Shown here piece by piece: positions 58,494-64,000 of a stretch of DNA of 64,000 nucleotides. Every line of letters begins with the position of its first letter. Within the stretch, counting starts at the first letter, position 1. A model generated the notes under the pieces. That model worked only from the letters and a program-made list of their open reading frames with translations. It was not told the DNA's origin and searched no databases. The position numbers and the translations under genes are program-made. Source of the stretch: Arenibacter sp. (lineage in GTDB: Bacteria > Bacteroidota > Bacteroidia > Flavobacteriales > Flavobacteriaceae); the NCBI GenBank assembly GCA_040216555.1, contig JAVJOW010000010.1, forward strand, positions 32,943-96,942. Reading direction: 5' to 3'.

Positions 58494-59384
58494 TTAATTG
58501 GAAGTGTCTTTTTCCAGGCTTAATTCATCTTTTACCCCAAGTGGTTTCCTGATAAAAATAATTACCGTTGCCGTAATGAACATTAACAGGCCATAAATGG
58601 CGGGCACAATAGAGTATTCAGCATTGTTCAAGGCAATGGTAGCCAATGTTATGGCCAAGGTTCCATTTTGGATTCCCGTTTCAATGGAAATGCTTATGGC
58701 CTGTGGTCTTGTTAGTTTAAAAAGTACTGCCATTAAAAATCCTATGGTCATGGTACTCACATTGAGCAGTATGGCCGGTAGCCCTGCCTCACTTAAGTAG
58801 CTCATAAAAACATCCTTGACGCTAATGGTCACCCCAATGATTACCAATACAAATATAATGGCAGAAGCTATTTTCACAGGTTTCTCCATCTTGTTCGCAA
58901 AGGCTTCAAATTTATTTTTTATTAGCATGCCAATTCCTACGGGTATGATAACTATTACCAACAATTGTTTTATCATGGTTATGGCATCGACCGAAATGGC
59001 CATACTTTCATTGGAAAATTCTTCCATTGCAAATTGCACAATGAATGGGATGGTTAAAATGGAAATTATACTGGATACGGCTGTTAAGGAGACGGACAAG
59101 GCCAAATCGCCTTTGGCCAAATAAGTAAGCATGTTGGAGGTTGGTCCTCCAGGGCAGGCTGCCAATAACATAATGCCAATAGCGGTGGTGGGCGACAAAT
59201 TTAGGGAAATGGCAATGAAATATCCTATGATTGGTAACAACAACATCTGGCAGATAAGCCCTATGATCATGGCCTTTGGATAACTAACAACCCTCTTAAA
59301 ATCGGAAAGGGTCAATGATAGGCCCATCCCGAACATAATAATGATCAATGAAATGGCAAGGATAATTCCAGAGGTAGAATTCAT
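58494..59384 (-). CDS. Bile acid:sodium symporter (BASS) family transporter
   Basis: MFGMGLSL, CPGGPTSN, AKGDLALS and ETGIQNGTLA. Confidence 0.9.
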   Translation of the reverse strand: MNSTSGIILAISLIIIMFGMGLSLTLSDFKRVVSYPKAMIIGLICQMLLLPIIGYFIAISLNLSPTTAIGIMLLAACPGGPTSNMLTYLAKGDLALSVSLTAVSSIISILTIPFIVQFAMEEFSNESMAISVDAITMIKQLLVIVIIPVGIGMLIKNKFEAFANKMEKPVKIASAIIFVLVIIGVTISVKDVFMSYLSEAGLPAILLNVSTMTIGFLMAVLFKLTRPQAISISIETGIQNGTLAITLATIALNNAEYSIVPAIYGLLMFITATVIIFIRKPLGVKDELSLEKDTSN

Positions 59385-59583
59385 GACAAATAGGTTTTAA
59401 AATAAATCCTTATTATTTTCCCAAAAACTGGGAGATACACAAATAAAACTTTTTAAAAATTATTTTCCTTATTAAATTTTATTGGATTTGCATTATAATT
59501 TACCAAAAAATCATATATCTGTTAATTTTTATGTTAAAAGAGTTAGGATATTTTAGATTTTTGGTTTGATTTTGTTTCATATT

Positions 59584-59626
59584 AAAAAGAAAAGACCGAC
59601 AAGGTCTGTTTGCCTTTGCCGGTCTT
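59584..59626 (-). terminator. Intrinsic terminator after the YdjC-family gene
   Basis: Minus strand aagaccggcaaagg-caaacaga-ccttgtcggtctt followed by ttctttt. Confidence 0.7.
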
Positions 59627-59694
59627 AAAATTGGCCTGTTCCCAAGCAAATATTTCCTATTCTCCCATATCGGTGGATATCCTAATATGAGTGT

Positions 59695-60723
59695 TTATTT
59701 CATGGCGTTGAAGCGGGTCATGATTTCTTTCCAATTGGTAAAAATTATTCCCTCCTCTTTAAAGTAATTGATAAGATCGGGATCGGCAAAAATTTGTGAT
59801 TCCCAAACCCTTTGTTGCCATGATCCCGTAATGCCCCTTAGGTTATCGGTTTCTACAGAAGGGTGAAAAATGATTTCAGTAAGTCCAGGTTGAAGGGATT
59901 TTATCAATGACTTGAAACTTTCCACTTTTTCTTCATAGGAATCCGCCTTTGGTGCACTGCTAAAAAAGTCCAATTTGGGCAAAGTGTATTCTTCCGACAT
60001 TTTAACTACCGAATCATCCATGGGATAACCTTGTGACCTAAATTCCGCCAATACTGCTGGTACCGATATATCAATAATATTTGCTGGAATACCGTATTCC
60101 TGGGCCACTTTCATGTAGACCTTTACATAACTGGGGTCACCGAACAGGGTGCCCATGTGGGTATCTATGTGGTCTGGTCTATAGCCCCAGGCAATAGATT
60201 GTTCAATTTGAGCCCGTATTTCTTTTTCCACTTCCTCGGCCGAAGCATGTTGTACTACTTCCGGAACGCTCCTCCATAGTTTGTCTTCCGGATCCAATAG
60301 TCCAGGGACTTCCGCATCTGGGGTAATTGGGCCCCAACGATGCTTTTTCCATTCACTGGTAAGTGTAAGGTGCAGACCAACATCCATAGCAGGGTTTTCC
60401 TTGGCCCAATTGATGAATTCTTCGGCGTTGGGACAGGGTATCATCACGGCGGCGGATTGTATTTCCCCCTTGGTCAATTGATCCTTGGCAGCAATGTTCG
60501 CCTCTGGACACATCCCAATGTCATCTGCGTGCAGCATAATTACCTTTTTTCCGGCAGGCCATCCTAATTTTTCGGCCCAAGTTGTTGCTACTGCCGATGA
60601 TTTTTGTTCCGTGGTGTCTGAATTGATGGCTTCATCAGTATTTTTTTTCTTTTCCCCGCATCCACTTAAGAAGAGAGACATGGAAAAGCTTAGTGATAAG
60701 GCAAATAGATATGAATTTTTCAT
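59695..60723 (-). CDS. YdjC/ChbG-like carbohydrate deacetylase, lipoprotein
   Basis: Start Met 60723 with lipobox LSGC (track start 60816); LHADDIG, VGLHLTL, DHIDTHMG and EIIFHP. Confidence 0.82.
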   Translation of the reverse strand: MKNSYLFALSLSFSMSLFLSGCGEKKKNTDEAINSDTTEQKSSAVATTWAEKLGWPAGKKVIMLHADDIGMCPEANIAAKDQLTKGEIQSAAVMIPCPNAEEFINWAKENPAMDVGLHLTLTSEWKKHRWGPITPDAEVPGLLDPEDKLWRSVPEVVQHASAEEVEKEIRAQIEQSIAWGYRPDHIDTHMGTLFGDPSYVKVYMKVAQEYGIPANIIDISVPAVLAEFRSQGYPMDDSVVKMSEEYTLPKLDFFSSAPKADSYEEKVESFKSLIKSLQPGLTEIIFHPSVETDNLRGITGSWQQRVWESQIFADPDLINYFKEEGIIFTNWKEIMTRFNAMK

Positions 60724-60742
60724 TTTTTTTTGATGTTTTAAT

Positions 60743-61660
60743 TTATAAATATTTTTTAAACCAATTGAGCCCGTCTCCGAAAATGATATCCAATGGGGCA
60801 TCCCTATGTTTTGCATCGTACCATATAATATCTTTGGGCTCTTGTGCCGCTTTAATAAGAAGGGTGCTCATTAGGGGAGGTACTATTTCATCGTTTTTTG
60901 CATTTAACATGAGGAACGGACGGGGGGCAATCTGCTTTACAAAGTTTAAGGGCTCAATAATGCTTACAAAATCTTTTGCCTCCTTGGTCAGGGCCTCTTT
61001 TTCGTACAATAAATTCAATTGTCCGCCCGCTAAGGCAACTATCGGAACTTTTATGCGATTCTCGATTCCGCAAAAAATAGTGCCTGTAATACCGCCCAAA
61101 CTTATGCCGTAGTATCCGATCCTTTTGGCGTCCAATTCTTCCCGCGTTTCAATAAAGTCGACCGCACGTCTTAGGTCGAATACGGTCTGACTAATAATGT
61201 CCCTGCTCCAGTATTTGTATTTTCCGGTAAGGCTAAAATCATAAACGTCCCCCTTTCGTTCCCCGTGCTCGCTAAAATCGATCCTTAGCACCGCATAGCC
61301 ATTTTTAAGAAAAAGGTCGTTGCCATAGGATACATAATCCACGTTCTTGTTGTCTCCAAGGCCGTGCATTAAAATGACCACGGGTAGGGGAGAGGTCCTA
61401 TTTTTGGGCAGGCTCAACAGGCCGGTCACCTTTTTTTGATGTACGCTATTGTAAGTTACATGATATAACTTAAAATCTGTAGTGTCTTTTAACAGGTTCA
61501 GGGAATCCTTAAGCAGTATATCTTTATCATAAGCGTAATATTCGTTTACCGGAAAAGCTTCGCTTGTGTCACTGGCGTAAAGGATTGTAAATGCCAACAA
61601 TAACAGAAAGGTTATTAATCCCAAAAACCAATATAGACGTTTTTTACTATAGGATTTCAT
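60743..61660 (-). CDS. Membrane-anchored alpha/beta hydrolase (esterase-like)
   Basis: N-terminal TM; MHGLG, GISLGG nucleophile, NDEIVP and terminal H (DAKH). Confidence 0.8.
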   Translation of the reverse strand: MKSYSKKRLYWFLGLITFLLLLAFTILYASDTSEAFPVNEYYAYDKDILLKDSLNLLKDTTDFKLYHVTYNSVHQKKVTGLLSLPKNRTSPLPVVILMHGLGDNKNVDYVSYGNDLFLKNGYAVLRIDFSEHGERKGDVYDFSLTGKYKYWSRDIISQTVFDLRRAVDFIETREELDAKRIGYYGISLGGITGTIFCGIENRIKVPIVALAGGQLNLLYEKEALTKEAKDFVSIIEPLNFVKQIAPRPFLMLNAKNDEIVPPLMSTLLIKAAQEPKDIIWYDAKHRDAPLDIIFGDGLNWFKKYL

Positions 61661-63032
61661 CGTCGTCCGCTACATACATTCTAGTACTCTTGGTGTATTT
61701 ACCTCCATTGGGGTCTGCATATTCCAGATCGATATAGAAAGCCTTATAACCACTTTTTGGAAATTTTACTTGTTGAAAAATATGGTCATGATCTTTGGAG
61801 TCCAATTTTTCGAAGGTCCATTTTTCATCCCTAAAGTCCCTATCCGTTGAATCGGCAGACCATATATAGGCATTTTCAAGCTCATCGGAAGTGGTTTTGA
61901 CCGTTAGGGTCGCCGAGGTTGTGTCAGTACTTAAATCATAGGACAGGGAAGCTTGGGGAGTTTTGTTCAGGGATTTGCCCCAGAATGCACTTAGAGCCCT
62001 TACAGCCTGTTCACCACCGCCCAGATCATGACCGGCATTGGGTACATAATGAATATAATTTTCACCAGGAATATCATCGATATAATTTTTAATGGCGTCC
62101 ACAGGCCAGTATTCATCATTGGTGCCGATAAATATTAATTTGGGCATGGTTAAATTGGCCCGGTAGGAATAAGGGTCTACCATTTGGGTCAACGCCTTAC
62201 CATCCTCACTTCCTACGGTTTGCGGAATTTCCAATTGTATGTAATCATTGATCTGTATGCTGTATTCGTTCCAAGCCGTAATTTGATAATCGAGGCTTAC
62301 GGGCATATTTAAAACGTCTATTACCATTGGCGCTATGGTCTCGACCCTCTTGTCGTTTGCTCCGGTCAACCAAGTGGTCCAACCTCTTTTTGAAGCTCCT
62401 GTTACCGTAAATCGGGTAACCTCTTTTTGAAGATTTTTACTGGCGAAATCCTGAACGGCATCCATAGCTCTGACAGCGCTTTTTACCATTGGAAATAATA
62501 AGGGCCATGTTGGGTCTTTGTCATTTTTATAGTTGTGAAGAGTAAAGGAAATAAGTTCATCTTCTGTAAGGCCATCATATAGGGGTTGGTTGGGAACCTG
62601 TCTAACAATAGCCACTATGGCTTTGTTCTTTTCGGCTACCTGGGCAAAGCTGATGGACTTTTTATCTTCTTCATTATTTGACCAATTGGGTATCCCTTCT
62701 TTTATGCTTCCTCCGGTAATCAATAGTAGGGCCCCGTCATGGGCAACTTCTTTGGGGACCAATACGGTGAGTTCATGGGTCCAAACGTGTTCCCTCCATT
62801 TTTGGGAGGTCAGCATAAGCTCATAAGCGGTTACATCCCCTATGGCATAATTATCTTTCACTTCCCATTTATACGTTTTATCTTCATTGTTTAAATAGCT
62901 TTGCAATGCGTTGGAAGGAGTTACTTTAGTTGCGACCGGGGCAACATTTTCCGCCAGTTTTTTTGGACTGTCCTTACAGGAAAATATACATAATAAGGAC
63001 ATCGATAAAAAAATAGAAACCAACTTATTCAT
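61647..63032 (-). CDS. PqaA (PhoPQ-activated pathogenicity-related) family lipoprotein
   Basis: Lipobox IFSC; LTSQKW..HVWTH, QVPNQP, ED.LI, WPLLFPM.K, TGASKRGWT, VDPYSY and NDEYW. Confidence 0.85.
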   Translation of the reverse strand: MNKLVSIFLSMSLLCIFSCKDSPKKLAENVAPVATKVTPSNALQSYLNNEDKTYKWEVKDNYAIGDVTAYELMLTSQKWREHVWTHELTVLVPKEVAHDGALLLITGGSIKEGIPNWSNNEEDKKSISFAQVAEKNKAIVAIVRQVPNQPLYDGLTEDELISFTLHNYKNDKDPTWPLLFPMVKSAVRAMDAVQDFASKNLQKEVTRFTVTGASKRGWTTWLTGANDKRVETIAPMVIDVLNMPVSLDYQITAWNEYSIQINDYIQLEIPQTVGSEDGKALTQMVDPYSYRANLTMPKLIFIGTNDEYWPVDAIKNYIDDIPGENYIHYVPNAGHDLGGGEQAVRALSAFWGKSLNKTPQASLSYDLSTDTTSATLTVKTTSDELENAYIWSADSTDRDFRDEKWTFEKLDSKDHDHIFQQVKFPKSGYKAFYIDLEYADPNGGKYTKSTRMYVADDDEIL

Positions 63033-63064
63033 TTGGAACTTGTGTTAAAAGGTTAAGAATTGTT

Positions 63065-64000
63065 TTATTTATTAGGTTTTGGACTGTTTTGGATTAGGGT
63101 CAATAGATCATTGATAAGGATTTCTCCTGTTTCTTCCCCTAGACTAGTGCGACTTACATACATATATCTTTTAAAACTGTTAAAATCCTCTTTGGTCAAA
63201 ATATACCCAAAGGCATCGTTGGTCAATCCAAAAAGAAAAGGATGTTCCGTGGGCATATTTCTTTTTAAGTAGTAACCTATATTGGGTAGGGCTTCACCTG
63301 GTATGGTCAGGATCTGGGCCGATCCAATATTTAGTAGGTTAAGGGTTGTAGTGACATATTGGTCAGAGTCGCCCATTTTTAAGGGTGAATTGTTTAAAAT
63401 GTACCGCATCATTTCCGAATCTATTGGGAATTCGGCCTTGGTGGAAGCACAATAGAGGTCTGGATCCTCTTGGATTTTGGCCTCAGATAAAATCCTCAAG
63501 GCCTCGTCTGCCAGAAGATTCCCTATTCGCTTGCATTCTTCCCAATCGTTTGCTTCCTTATTATCGTCCTGTCTATTGTCTGCCGTTACCATTCCTCCCT
63601 GGGCACCGTTCATAAACAGGGCCATTCCGCCTGCCTTGGCTTCAATTCTGTCGTATAGGGGTCCTATAAGGTCCGGACTCAATATTCTCTGATCGCTGCC
63701 TATTACCTCTGGATGAATGGCATAGTTAACCAAAGTTACTATGGGTAGGTCCTTGTTTTTGCCTTTAGTACCTAGGGCCTGTATTACACCACATCTTGGG
63801 TCGTACAAATCAGGGGCGTAATAATTGTAGGCTATTTTGCCGTGGGCTTCGCCAACGGCAATTTTTAATTTGGCGGGTTCCAAATTTGCAGAAGCCTCAT
63901 TCACCGCATCCGCAATTTGGGTTACACACCAGTCAAGATACTGTAAATCGGCTGCATAATTACCTTTTTCGTCAGGGAAAGCATACGCGTCGGGAGCACT
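63065..64000 (-). CDS. Neutral ceramidase-fold protein (paralogue 3), 5' part outside the window
   Basis: Frame stays open from 63065 to the edge (SAPDAYAFPD...); NYAIHPEV, LSPDLIG, NGAQGG, IPGEALP and GLTNDAFGYI match paralogue 1. Confidence 0.72.
   Translation of the reverse strand, partial: SAPDAYAFPDEKGNYAADLQYLDWCVTQIADAVNEASANLEPAKLKIAVGEAHGKIAYNYYAPDLYDPRCGVIQALGTKGKNKDLPIVTLVNYAIHPEVIGSDQRILSPDLIGPLYDRIEAKAGGMALFMNGAQGGMVTADNRQDDNKEANDWEECKRIGNLLADEALRILSEAKIQEDPDLYCASTKAEFPIDSEMMRYILNNSPLKMGDSDQYVTTTLNLLNIGSAQILTIPGEALPNIGYYLKRNMPTEHPFLFGLTNDAFGYILTKEDFNSFKRYMYVSRTSLGEETGEILINDLLTLIQNSPKPNK

Overview
A 64 kb AT-rich bacterial chromosome segment that looks like a marine Flavobacteriaceae member (Bacteroidota). 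This is inferred from gene content and order (tsaD/tamB/pfkA/gap; rsmE-DUF4159-AI-2E), TAnnTTTG-type -7 promoter elements and many lipoprotein signal peptides. I found no rRNA, tRNA, CRISPR array or transposase. From left to right: cydB (partial) and cydA; a divergent three-gene putative copper-uptake operon (Cys-motif protein, OprC-like TonB receptor, Met/His-rich lipoprotein); nagB fusion; uxuA/eda/kdgK; an esterase; YyaL; a tandemly duplicated GMC dehydrogenase + Tat subunit module around a TIM-barrel protein (3-ketoglycoside-type pathway); a core housekeeping block at about 20-40 kb; a Crp/Fnr regulator, diheme peroxidase, DUF1080, SulP, MBL-rhodanese, a 42-aa ORF missing from the track and a DEDDh-GIY-YIG nuclease. 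From 48.8 kb to the right edge is a minus-strand cluster of three neutral-ceramidase-fold proteins, PqaA, three alpha/beta hydrolases, a YdjC deacetylase, GH92, an Asp-box protein and MFS + BASS transporters. The two strongest signals are (1) this cluster of mostly membrane-anchored hydrolases, possibly for glycolipid catabolism, and (2) a shared TGTAAC-N4-GTTACA-type palindrome centred 28.5-29.5 bp from the -7 element upstream of cydAB, sulP and the MBL-rhodanese gene, suggesting a Crp/Fnr-type regulon. All functional calls come from motif recognition by eye; no database searches were run.
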